Source: a virus
Length of the DNA: 64,000 nt
IMG/VR virus record: IMGVR_UViG_3300036651_001908
Location: 1-64,000 of that record
Direction: 5' to 3' (one strand)
Shown piece after piece: positions 35,146-45,400 of the stretch (position 1 is the first letter of the stretch; every line of letters begins with the position of its first letter). The notes under the pieces are model-generated. The model saw only the letters and a program-made list of their open reading frames with translations. It was not told the origin of the DNA and searched no databases. Position numbers and translations under genes: made by a program.

Positions 35146-36087
35146 ATGACTCTTCTACAGTGGCGGATGGACGGTACCAATGGTGCCGCTCTCACCACCG
35201 CCAACTCTGGGTTCACCTCTATCATCGCTTCGGGTAGTGCGACGGCGGTCTATTCGACCGGCGCCGCCTTCCAGGGCAGCACTGGTGCTGTTTTCACATC
35301 TGATGGCACCAATGCTTCTATCGCCGTGGCGACGTTCAACGCTTCGTGCACACAGTGCGCTATCTCGATCGCGTTCAAGATTCCCGCTTCCACCCCCGCA
35401 GCGGACTATGGTGTCTTCACTGTCTATGACACGTCAAGTGCCCGCTGCTTCGGTTTCGCGTACCGGTCGAATGGCTATGTCATTTTCAATGACAAGGGAA
35501 ACACTTACACCACCCTGCTGACGGCCGCGCAGGCGACTGCTAACACGTACTTCCGGTTCGAGATTCAGGTCTCGGCTCTGTCAACGACTGCCGGTACCTT
35601 CAGCGTTCAGGTGTACAACGCCGCAGGCACCCAGGTGGGCTCGACGGTGAACGTGTCGAACGGCAACCTCGGCACCACGGCGATGAGTTACACCCATCTC
35701 GGTGCGACTACTGCTACCGCATTCACCGCGACTCTGGACTCCCTCCAACTCAACGATGGCAGCACCAGTCCGATCGGGCTGCTGTCCACGGCTACCCCTC
35801 CGACCGCGAGTGCGACGGTCTCGAACAACATTTCGGTGATCGACGCCAGTGCATCGCACACGAACGACAGTGGCACGCTGACCTTCTCCATCTCCCCCGG
35901 CACCGGGCTGACCTTGCTCGCCCCAGGGATTTGGAAGGCCACCCCACAATCCACCTCGACCACCTACACCTACACCGTCACGGATTCGGTGGGCTCGTCC
36001 AACACTGCGACCGGCACCGCTGTCGTCCCCGCGGCCACGGCGACGGGCATCGCCAGCAAGGTTTTGGTGGGCGGAGTCTGGACCTAA
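35146..36087 (+). CDS. ConA/LamG-like plus Ig-like virion protein
   Basis: S/T-rich beta protein; YFRFE, TYTYTVTDS. Confidence 0.65.
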   Translation: MTLLQWRMDGTNGAALTTANSGFTSIIASGSATAVYSTGAAFQGSTGAVFTSDGTNASIAVATFNASCTQCAISIAFKIPASTPAADYGVFTVYDTSSARCFGFAYRSNGYVIFNDKGNTYTTLLTAAQATANTYFRFEIQVSALSTTAGTFSVQVYNAAGTQVGSTVNVSNGNLGTTAMSYTHLGATTATAFTATLDSLQLNDGSTSPIGLLSTATPPTASATVSNNISVIDASASHTNDSGTLTFSISPGTGLTLLAPGIWKATPQSTSTTYTYTVTDSVGSSNTATGTAVVPAATATGIASKVLVGGVWT

Positions 36088-36109
36088 CCTGCCTGTCGAT
36101 GGTATAGGC

Positions 36110-36553
36110 ATGGCTGAAACTCCCTTCGACGCGCCGCTGGATGAACTGGCGGCAGCCTTCGAACTGCCGGAGTACATCGCTGAGGACGAAGTTCTGTCCG
36201 GGTTGTACCACGAAATCGTGCTGCGCCTCCGCCGTGAGGCCGCGGGGCTGCCGATGAAGACGGCCCACATGCTGCTCATTGAGCGCATCGCATCCTTCTA
36301 CGTGACCATCCGGTACAAGGAGAATCACCAGGAGTTTCGGGGCTACCAGCAGAAGGAATTCAACACCTACTGGCTGAGTCTGACCCAGGAGTTCAACAAG
36401 GTGCTCCAGGCCAACGACGAGAAGTTGCGTGAGGCCATGCTGATCGAGATTCAGACGATCGTCTCGGATACTCTGAAGTTGATCACCGACCCCGCTGACC
36501 GGCAGAACGTGCGCCGGAAGTTGTCTGAAGAATTTGCAAAGATGGAGGTCTGA
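36110..36553 (+). CDS. Helical protein, candidate terminase small subunit
   Basis: First gene of the operon leading to terL; TCGATGGT-N6-ATG. Function inferred from position only. Confidence 0.5.
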   Translation: MAETPFDAPLDELAAAFELPEYIAEDEVLSGLYHEIVLRLRREAAGLPMKTAHMLLIERIASFYVTIRYKENHQEFRGYQQKEFNTYWLSLTQEFNKVLQANDEKLREAMLIEIQTIVSDTLKLITDPADRQNVRRKLSEEFAKMEV

Positions 36554-36554
36554 A

Positions 36555-36947
36555 ATGGGTTACGTGTTCCCCAACTCGATGCTGAAGATCGACAAGGACG
36601 GCAACACCGTCATGTCGGATTCTCTGGAGCCTGGCGAGAAGATGATCGATGGCACGACCTACGACCAGATCGTGGCTGGTGAGCACGCCGATCCGTCCCC
36701 GGTGGACACGAACCCGACGACCGTCCTCACGGTGGACGAGTCCGGTGTGAACACCGCTCTCGTGACTTCGGATGGTCACCTGGTCACCCGTCTGCTCCCG
36801 CTGGAACTGCGGGCCGCGGAGAACGCTGCGGTGGCTGCCGCCGTGGCTGCTGCACAGCCCACGGCGAACGAGCCCGTCACGGCGCAGCGCGCTGAGGCGA
36901 ATGACTCCGAGCCCATCGCTGACGCCCAGGATGCGCCCCAGGCATGA
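36555..36947 (+). CDS. Acidic hypothetical protein
   Basis: RBS GGAGG. Confidence 0.7.
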   Translation: MGYVFPNSMLKIDKDGNTVMSDSLEPGEKMIDGTTYDQIVAGEHADPSPVDTNPTTVLTVDESGVNTALVTSDGHLVTRLLPLELRAAENAAVAAAVAAAQPTANEPVTAQRAEANDSEPIADAQDAPQA

Positions 36948-37774
36948 GCGCCCTCGATGACTGGAACATGATTGTGTTCCTGACCGGTGGTGTGGGTCCA
37001 TGCTCGCTGGACCGCTCCCCGAAGAGCAACTGGGTGCAGAAGAACGGCGGCCTGCCGAACTACATCTGCCACATCGCTCGCGCGATCACCGGGAACGGCC
37101 ATTCCATCAACGAGGCCATCCCCATGGCGATCGGTACGGCCAAGCGCTGGGCTGCCGGGGGCTCGACCAACGGAACCGCCACGGCGAAGAGGGTGCACCC
37201 AGCCACCCAGGCCAAGGCCGCCGCCGCTGTCGCCCAGTGGGAGGCGCTGCGCGCTCGTGCACATGCCGGTCACGTCGTCAAGGCCACCCACCCTCTAGGC
37301 GGCCAGTACCTGATGCTGACCGACATCGGCTCGTTCAACACCGAGATGGTCCGGCAGGCGTGGTCCGCGATGCAGCGTGACCTCCAGTTGGGCCACCGGC
37401 CCTACGACCCGGATAACGACGGCGACGACGACTCCCCCGAGTTGGCCTCGGGCTACATCATCGAACTTGGTTCGGACTACATCATCGTGGAGTACTACGA
37501 CAAGGATGGGGTCGGCGCCAGTTTCGCTCGCTATCCTTACACGGTCGAGGGCAACACCGTTTCGTTCGACAACCCTCAGCAGGTGAAGCAGGCCTACGTC
37601 CCGGTCAGCGATGATGACCCGAATCAGCCCGACGAAGACGGCGACGACGACTCGCAGGAGCCGGACGACGAAGACGAAGAATTGACTCCCGAAGAGGAGC
37701 AGGCAGCCAAGGACGAGAACCCGTTCGTCGGCTACACGCCTCTGGAGAAGATCACGCGCGCTGCGGGGTACTAA
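36944..37774 (+). CDS. Head-region protein with acidic tail
   Basis: NWVQKNGGLPNYI.HIA.A...AI..A...KRWA.G motif; YDPDNDGDDD. Confidence 0.7.
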   Translation: MSALDDWNMIVFLTGGVGPCSLDRSPKSNWVQKNGGLPNYICHIARAITGNGHSINEAIPMAIGTAKRWAAGGSTNGTATAKRVHPATQAKAAAAVAQWEALRARAHAGHVVKATHPLGGQYLMLTDIGSFNTEMVRQAWSAMQRDLQLGHRPYDPDNDGDDDSPELASGYIIELGSDYIIVEYYDKDGVGASFARYPYTVEGNTVSFDNPQQVKQAYVPVSDDDPNQPDEDGDDDSQEPDDEDEELTPEEEQAAKDENPFVGYTPLEKITRAAGY

Positions 37775-39646
37775 ATGAAGATGCGTGACATGGCTGAGTT
37801 CTTCTCTCAGCCAGAGCCGCCTCCCCCCACAACGGTCGAATCGATCTTCGAAGAGGAGCCCGTCTCCCTCGACGTGTTCATTCGGGACAAGAAGTACCTG
37901 GGCTCCGAGTGGAATCTCTCGCCCATCCAGGCCGAGTCCGTGCGCACGATCGAGCGGATCTACCTGCCTTCGTTGTACCCCGAGATGGCGAAAGAGTTCG
38001 GTGGCTACTGGGCCGAGCCAATGCCGATGAAGAACATCATCACCCTCCAGTGGGGCAAGGGATCCGGCAAGGACCACGTCTGCCGTATCTCGTCCCTCCG
38101 GGTGGCGTACCTGCTGCTCTGCCTGAAGAGCCCGCTTCAGTACTTCGACATGCCGGAGGACGACTCCATCCACCTGCTGAACATCGCAGCGAACTCGGCT
38201 CAGGCGAACCGGGCGTTCTTCACCCCGCTGACCAAGTCGGTGAAGCGTGGGTGGTTCGCGGACAAGGCAGACCCGAAGCGCGACTCCATCCAATATGCCA
38301 AGAACATCGAGTCCGTCTCTGGGCACTCTGATGCAGAAGGGCAGGAAGGATTGAACATTCTGCTCGGTGTCGCGGATGAGATTGATGCGTTCAAGGCCAG
38401 TGACGAGATGGTGGGCCAGGGCAAGCGAGCCCGTGAGGCATCCACCTCCGCCGAATCCATCCTGAAGATGCTGAAGGGTTCGGCCTCGACCCGATTCCCT
38501 GAGTCCTACAAGCGCGTGGCCATCTCCTACCCGCGCTACGTCGGCTCCACGATCCAGCGGCTCACTGCCGAGGCGGAGGATGACATCAAGGAGGTCGGAC
38601 CGACCTCGATCTACTTCGCGTCCGGCCCCTATGCCACGTGGGACGTGAACCCCCGCATCAAGGGCAAGGAGTCCTTCGCTTCTGACTACCGGCGCAACCC
38701 GGTGGAGGCCGCGGCCATGTACGAGTGCAAGCCGCACCTCGCGACCGACCCGTACTTCCGCAACTTCGAAATCTTCAAGCAGGCGATCGATGCTGAGGAT
38801 CAGCCGCTGCATGTGGACTACGAACTGGAGAACATCAAGTCCAAGCGCACCGGCTCAGTCCAGCAGGTGTGGACGCCGAAGTTCGACTTCGCCTCCGACT
38901 TCGTTCCCGTCCAGGGTGCGCGCTACGCCCTCCACGGCGACCTCGCCATCAAGGGCGACCGGGCCGGTATCGCCATGGCGCACGTCGAGCGCTGGGAGTA
39001 CAAGAAGGACGTTTTACAAGACGAAGAGGGCGGTGACTACGAGGTCTTCACCTATGCGCCCCACGTCAAGGTGGACTTTGTCATCTCATTCGAGGCCGAC
39101 CTGAGCATCATGCCCGCCCGGGAGATTCAGATCCGCTGGGCTCGGTCACTCGCCTACCTGCTGATCAAGCGGGGCTTCGTCATTGACCGGTTCACCTTCG
39201 ACGGCTTCCAGTCCACCGACTCCATGCAGATTCTAGAAATGCATGGCATCACGAGCGAGAAGGTCTCGGCTGACCGCACGGACGATGTCTGGATGACGCT
39301 GCGGGATGTGGCCAGCGATGGCCGTCTGAAGATGCCGTACGACCCGCTGCTGCTCACCGAACTCGGTGCTCTGTCCCGCATCGGGGGCAAGGTGGACCAC
39401 CCTCCGCACGGCTCGAAGGATCTTGCGGACGCGCTCGCCTGTGCCGTGACTGGGGCCATCAATGCGGGCGGTGAAGAAGATGTCGATGGTACCGAGGTAG
39501 AAGTCGGTGCCACCTATTTCGATCTAGGTGAGGCTCTGACCCCTCTAGAGGGGTTGGAGGACATGGACGTGTTCCAGCCGGATGGGGCTTTCGCGCCACT
39601 TCTTGGGATGAAGGAGGTGCAGCACGATGAGTTCTTCGGTTGGTGA
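37775..39646 (+). CDS. terL: Terminase large subunit
   Basis: Walker A GKGSGKD, Walker B VADEID, nuclease HGDLA..GD, TFDGFQS, VDHPPHGSKDLADA. Confidence 0.93.
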   Translation: MKMRDMAEFFSQPEPPPPTTVESIFEEEPVSLDVFIRDKKYLGSEWNLSPIQAESVRTIERIYLPSLYPEMAKEFGGYWAEPMPMKNIITLQWGKGSGKDHVCRISSLRVAYLLLCLKSPLQYFDMPEDDSIHLLNIAANSAQANRAFFTPLTKSVKRGWFADKADPKRDSIQYAKNIESVSGHSDAEGQEGLNILLGVADEIDAFKASDEMVGQGKRAREASTSAESILKMLKGSASTRFPESYKRVAISYPRYVGSTIQRLTAEAEDDIKEVGPTSIYFASGPYATWDVNPRIKGKESFASDYRRNPVEAAAMYECKPHLATDPYFRNFEIFKQAIDAEDQPLHVDYELENIKSKRTGSVQQVWTPKFDFASDFVPVQGARYALHGDLAIKGDRAGIAMAHVERWEYKKDVLQDEEGGDYEVFTYAPHVKVDFVISFEADLSIMPAREIQIRWARSLAYLLIKRGFVIDRFTFDGFQSTDSMQILEMHGITSEKVSADRTDDVWMTLRDVASDGRLKMPYDPLLLTELGALSRIGGKVDHPPHGSKDLADALACAVTGAINAGGEEDVDGTEVEVGATYFDLGEALTPLEGLEDMDVFQPDGAFAPLLGMKEVQHDEFFGW

Positions 39647-41369
39647 CAACTCTGATCAGACCGAGCAGAGAAGCCTCAAGGGCATCGATGAGCATCAGGA
39701 CAAGAAGCCTGATCCCAAGTCGTATGAAATCGAAATCGGCACTGACCTCAACATGCCGTTCAGCACGCCGTTCAACGGCACTGCTCTCGGCGTGCAGAAG
39801 ACTGCTGACGAAGAACTCCAGGAGATTCGGCGCAACTCCGGCTGGGAGGTGGATGAGGGGCCGACCGTTCGGCAACTGGTCACCATGCGCCGTATGGACG
39901 GCCAGGCCCGTGCGCTCTACCGCCTGCTCTCGCTGCCTGTCCGTGCCGCGCTGAAGTCCGCGACGTTCATTCCGGCCAAGGGCGGCACGGCTGAGGCCGA
40001 CTTCATCTCGAAGGTCTTCACCACGCCCCCCGAGGGCGGCGGAATGTCCGTCACCTTCCACCGGGTGATGAGCCAGATCCTCCAGGGGCTCTTCGACGGC
40101 TTCGCGCCCTTCGAGAAGATTTTCTGGGTCCCGGACTACGGTCCCCTCAAGGGCAAGATCACGCTGAAGAAGTTGGCCTACCGGCCCAGCGAGACGATCA
40201 CCTTCATCACCGACCGGCAGGGCCACTTCCGAGGCTTCCGCCAGCGCGCCGTGATCATGGGCAAGGCCCTCGACGCATACATCCCCGCCTCCAACGCGTT
40301 CTACTACGCGGCCCAGGAGGAGGAGCGGAAGTTCTACGGAATCTCGTTCTTCCAGAGCGCCTTCTACCACTACGACAAGAAGGTCAAACTCTATTACATC
40401 GCCCACGTGGCGGCCCAGCGCTCCGCTGTCGGCACCCGAGCAGGCACTTACCCGCTGAACGCGAACAACGCGCAGCGCGGTGAGTTCGCCAAGTCGCTGT
40501 CGAACCTGAGCCTCGCGCAGTTCATGCTCATGCCTGAGAACTTCAAGGTGGAGATGCTGAAGGAGTCGGGCACGTTCGACTTCCTGGGCTACATCAACCA
40601 CCACAACAGCCAGATGAGCAAGAGCGTCCTCGCGGCGTTCTTCGACGCGAACACCGGTGCCGGAGCGAATGAGGGCTCCTTGGTGTCCTTCGCCGCCCCC
40701 GGCGACGACATGTTCCTGATGATGCTGCGCGCCGTGATGGACGACATCGCTACGGCGATCAACCACTACATCATCCCGCAGTTGGTGGACTTCAACTTCG
40801 AGGGCGGCAAGTACCCGGTCTTCAGTTGGGGCGAACTCACCGACGAGCAGCGTGCCGCGGTGGCGAACTCCTTCGACAAGTTGTCCATCGCTGGCCAGAC
40901 GATGAACGTCACGCCCGAGTTCATGCGTGCTCTGGAGCAGAAGCAGGCCAAGGAGATGGGCCTGGAAATCGACTACGACGCAGTCGAGAAGCGCGAGCAG
41001 GAGCAGCAGCAACAACTGGCTGGCGGCTTCCCGGGGATGCCTGGTGGGCTTCCTGGCATGGGCATGCCAGGTGCCTCCCCGATCGCAGCCGGTCCGGGCG
41101 CTCCGGGCGCTCCCGTCCAGCCCTCGATGGTCCCACCGAACCGGCTCACCCCGGGCGCTCCGGGCACCATCTCGCCGGTGCCGGGTCAGACGGGCATGCA
41201 GCAGGCCGCTGGTCGGACGACGACGCAGTTGAGTCCCGCGCAGCGCGTGGAGGCGTTCCAGTCCTCGCTGGCCAAGTTGACCGACGAGCCCGATCGGTAT
41301 GAGAACCTGTTGCGCCTCGCGTCAGAGATGCTGGACGAGACTCCGGAAGAAGATCAAGAGCCGTTCTGA
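39627..41369 (+). CDS. Portal protein (Mu gp29/DUF935-like)
   Basis: Follows terL; DGFAPFEKIF, YINHHNSQMSKSVLA, IIPQLVDFNF; P/G/M-rich tail. Confidence 0.9.
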   Translation: MSSSVGDNSDQTEQRSLKGIDEHQDKKPDPKSYEIEIGTDLNMPFSTPFNGTALGVQKTADEELQEIRRNSGWEVDEGPTVRQLVTMRRMDGQARALYRLLSLPVRAALKSATFIPAKGGTAEADFISKVFTTPPEGGGMSVTFHRVMSQILQGLFDGFAPFEKIFWVPDYGPLKGKITLKKLAYRPSETITFITDRQGHFRGFRQRAVIMGKALDAYIPASNAFYYAAQEEERKFYGISFFQSAFYHYDKKVKLYYIAHVAAQRSAVGTRAGTYPLNANNAQRGEFAKSLSNLSLAQFMLMPENFKVEMLKESGTFDFLGYINHHNSQMSKSVLAAFFDANTGAGANEGSLVSFAAPGDDMFLMMLRAVMDDIATAINHYIIPQLVDFNFEGGKYPVFSWGELTDEQRAAVANSFDKLSIAGQTMNVTPEFMRALEQKQAKEMGLEIDYDAVEKREQEQQQQLAGGFPGMPGGLPGMGMPGASPIAAGPGAPGAPVQPSMVPPNRLTPGAPGTISPVPGQTGMQQAAGRTTTQLSPAQRVEAFQSSLAKLTDEPDRYENLLRLASEMLDETPEEDQEPF

Positions 41370-42163
41370 TGACCTCGTACCGCGACCAGATCAGTGCCAC
41401 CGTTGGTGCTCACAGCGCGGTCAACTCGCTGGAGTCACAGGCACGTTCCCGTGTGGCAGCACTGATTCAGCAGTATGAAGCCGGACAGATCACTGGCCAG
41501 CAGATCCGCTACCGTCTAGAGAATCTGGTGCGCCAGGCGTATCGGGCGTCCGGCGAGATAGGCAGCAATCTGGTCGCTGCCCAGTCCGGACTGGAGGACT
41601 GGCAGCCGCAGGAGCGAGTCTTCTCCTCCGCGTACCTGAACGCGCTCCTCATGGATGTGCGCCGGAACCTCCAGGACTACAAGGCCTCGGAGCGGGATGC
41701 TCTAGCGCAGCGGCGACTCCAGTTGCGGATCCAGGCCTCCATCGGCGTCGGCACCCAGCGGGGCTACACCGACGCGCAACTCAAGGGCTACAAGGAACTC
41801 AAGGACTTCGGCTTCCAACTCCGCAAGGTCTGGTGGGCGAACTTCGTCAACAACACCCCCTGCCCAATGTGTGCTGCGCTGCACGGCAAGGACGTGGAAC
41901 TCGAAGAGGACTTCGGCCAGGGGCTGGGGACGAAGGTCTACCACAACCTGGAGGGGCCGCCCCGGCATCCGAACTGCCAGTGCACCCTGGTGGTGCTGAT
42001 CAGCACGCTGGAGAACGCCTACGAGGGCATGAACTTCGATGCCCCACAGAAGGTGGTCACCGACATGTCCACTGACCAGGTTCGCAAGATGCCGCTCGCG
42101 TTCTTCTTGGCCGTCGTCAAGACCCTGAAGAAGATCATCTCGAAGTTCGGACACAAGTCATGA
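41369..42163 (+). CDS. MuF-like head morphogenesis protein
   Basis: KVWW...CPMCAALHG...PPRHPNCQC. Confidence 0.88.
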   Translation: MTSYRDQISATVGAHSAVNSLESQARSRVAALIQQYEAGQITGQQIRYRLENLVRQAYRASGEIGSNLVAAQSGLEDWQPQERVFSSAYLNALLMDVRRNLQDYKASERDALAQRRLQLRIQASIGVGTQRGYTDAQLKGYKELKDFGFQLRKVWWANFVNNTPCPMCAALHGKDVELEEDFGQGLGTKVYHNLEGPPRHPNCQCTLVVLISTLENAYEGMNFDAPQKVVTDMSTDQVRKMPLAFFLAVVKTLKKIISKFGHKS

Positions 42164-42384
42164 TCGTCAGCACCAGTACCCGGTTCCTCTTCGACTCCTT
42201 TCCCTCCGCCGTGCTGGCGCTGCTGACCGTGCTTCAGGATGCCAGGATTACGGAGAAGGACTACACGTTCTCTGGCCTCGACCCCAAGCAGATCCGTACC
42301 AGTGGGCTCGTTCTCACAGGCGACATCACTGACATCTCCGCTGAACTGGAGAAGATCCCGGGCGCCGTCTCCTTCCCGGACTGA
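42160..42384 (+). CDS. Small hypothetical protein
   Basis: ATGA coupling. Confidence 0.6.
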   Translation: MIVSTSTRFLFDSFPSAVLALLTVLQDARITEKDYTFSGLDPKQIRTSGLVLTGDITDISAELEKIPGAVSFPD

Positions 42385-42461
42385 CTCCGAAAATCTTGTT
42401 TGGCTGCTCCGGTCGATAGTCCCTTCGTGGGCGAAATCTTGTTGGCGCCCGACGACAGGAG

Positions 42462-45400
42462 ATGGCCTTGAGCGACCTCGATCCGTACGAGGAGATTCTT
42501 CTCCTGAGTCTCGGGATGCGGCACGTCCGTACCCTTCAGGGCGCTGAGTTCTTCCATCTCCCTCTCGGTGCGTTCATTACGCCGGAGGAGATAGAGGCGG
42601 CCACGGCAGCCAACGGGGGCGATCTTGCGCAGGATGCGGCCGAGGCAGCGCAGGATGCAGCCGAGGCCCAGTCCGACGAAATTGCGGACAAGGCGGAAGC
42701 CGCGCAGGATGCGCAGGCCAAGGCAGCGAACGCTGCTTCCAAGATCGCCAAGTTCAAGTTCAAGGGCGTTCCGCCTGGCGCCCTGGGCACGAAGAGTGAG
42801 GCGGAGAAGTCCGCCGCGGCATATGCCAAGAACCCGTCAGCCACGATCTTCAAGAACCTCCCGAGCCACCACCCGTACAACCTGCCCGCAGATCACCCCC
42901 GGCACCTTGCTCCCCCCGCTTCCGAGGCGGCTGCCCTCGCGCTGGACCACCAGCATCACCTGGTCAGCGGCAACCCCGACACGCAGTTCCAGCCCCACCC
43001 GTCAACGTTGACCGGTCCGAACGAGTTCTCCGTCGGGCCGATGAAGTACAACGTCCCGGCTGGTTCCCGGATGTTCCAGCCCAAGGGCATGCCGAACGTC
43101 CGCATCCTCATCACGCCGGACGAGACCGTGCACGCCTTCACCCACGTGGGCGAAGTCGATGTCCCGATGGATCTTCAGCAGGCCTTCGCTGACGTGCTCC
43201 CCCCGGGGGCGAAGAGCAACGATCTTTACCAGACGAAGAACTTCGATGTCGCCGCTCCGGTCACCAGCGACCTGAAGGCGCACATCCAGAACACCCACGA
43301 CACCAAGGCCGCCGCGCGCTATGCCGCAGCCCTGGTGCAGAGCGACCACGCCAACACGGCGGCGGCAGCCGCATCCCCTCCTGCCAAGGGTGCTCCGCCC
43401 GTGGAGCCGCCCGCTGCCATGACCCCGGAGGAGGCGGGGCAGCACGCGTCGATCACCGGTGCGCTCATGCACGCGCACCCCGGGGCAGAACTGGTCAACG
43501 GTGATGGTGAGACCGAGTTCATCAAGCAGCCCGATGGCACGTGGAAGCACGCGCTGTTCAACGCCACGGTGGATGAGTCCGTCGTCCAGAAGTTGGTCAC
43601 CTCGGGCGAACTCCACATCAAGGGTGCTGCTCCCGGCCTGACTCATGATTTCAAGGGCATGTCCAAGGAGCAGTGGCTCGCGTTCTTGAACAAGGCTCCC
43701 GTAGGGGCCAAGTTCCAGATCGACGGCAAGGACATGGTCAAGGGGGAGGACAAGACCTGGAACGGCATTCCTGCCGAGAAGATGGGCACCCTCCGGCTCA
43801 TCGCCAACAACTATGAGGACGGCACCGGCCCGGCTATCCCGAAGAAGGAGGCACCGGCCAGCCCGTACTCCGCTCCGCAGGAGGCGTGGAAGGAGTCGCC
43901 GGTTCCCACCGGGCCGGACCAGATCACGGCCGCCCAGATTCAGGTTGGGGACAAGGTCAATGGCGACCCGGTCACGAAGACCTTCAAGACCGAGACCCCC
44001 GGTCGCGTTCGCGTTGTCACGCGGAGCGAGGCCGGAATGCTCCAGGAGCATTCCTGGCTGAAGACGACCCAAATCGGGGTGGAGCGAGCCAACCACGGTC
44101 TGTCGTTCGATGAGAAGTACCCGAACGCGAACAACGGGAAGCCCAACACCGGGAAGTCGATGAACGACTTCACCAACACTCCGGGTGGAGGCACGGCAGG
44201 TCAGGGTCTCAACACGCCTAAGAAGGCGGACGCGGGTAGTGTAGAGAAGCCCGCAGCGGCTACCCCGCCGCCCAAGAACGAGAATCTGGCTAAGCCGGAG
44301 TATCAGCCATTCGTAGCGCCGAAGGAGAGCAATGTCGGATCAGAAGCCGGAGCAGGAGCAGGTGGAAACCAACCTGCAAGCGGGAACGCTCAGCCCGCAG
44401 GATCGGGAAACGTTCCTGCACATGATGGCGGGAACGGCAACGCCAACGCCGGATCAACTGGTGGATCTTCAGAAGCAGTGGCCGGACAGCAACATCCTGA
44501 TGGCAATGGGGCTGGGCCTGGGGTAATCCCCCCCGAAATCGTCAAGGGTGAACTGCCGCATTCTCCTGCGGTCCAGGCCCTCGCCGCGAAGGGGCTTGTC
44601 ACCCCGCAGATGGTCGAACTCCACGCCGACAAGGGCGCGCAGTTCTTCCAGGACGCCATCTCCCGGCTCAAGGAGAACAACCCCTACGCTGCTGCTGTCT
44701 ACGTCCACCCGGTGGACGAGTACAAGAACATGCGGCTCTTCGTCACGCAGGACGGCACCGCTGGCTTTGCCGTCGATGGGAACAACGCCGTCTCGCTGTT
44801 CATCAGCCCGAAGTCCCCGCACAAGGGTGGCTCGGTCGCGATGCTCACGATGCAGACCGAACTCGGTGCCCGGCGTCTCGACGCCTTTGACACTGTGCTG
44901 CCCGGGATCTACGCCAAGGTCGGCTACGTGCCGTCCGCCCGCGTGAAGTGGGATGACAACTACGCCCCGGACGGCTGGGACAAGAACACCTTCAAGCCGT
45001 GGAACAACGGCGAGCCTGACGTGGTGTTCATGGTTCATGATCCTGCCCACTCGGATGGCACGTACCACCCGGGCGAGGGCAAGGTGTTCGCCTCCTACGA
45101 CCAGGCGGAGGCGTTCACCAAGAAGGCCGCGCTCAACCCGAGCCTGGTCAACCCGGCCAACACCACGCCGGGAGAGGTGCACCACCAGCCCGGTGAAGTC
45201 CTGTCCCACCAGGATCTGAAGAGCCTGCCTCCGGGGCACACGGTGGAGCACACGCCCTCCGGAGTTCAGTACACCAGCCAGGGCCAGGGCCAGTTCCTCT
45301 CACACAAGAGCAACGGCGTCGGTGATGTCGGCCTGATGAAGACGGCTGCTGACGCGGGCAAGATGGCGTACCACTCCAAGACCTCGGGCGCAGCCCCGGC

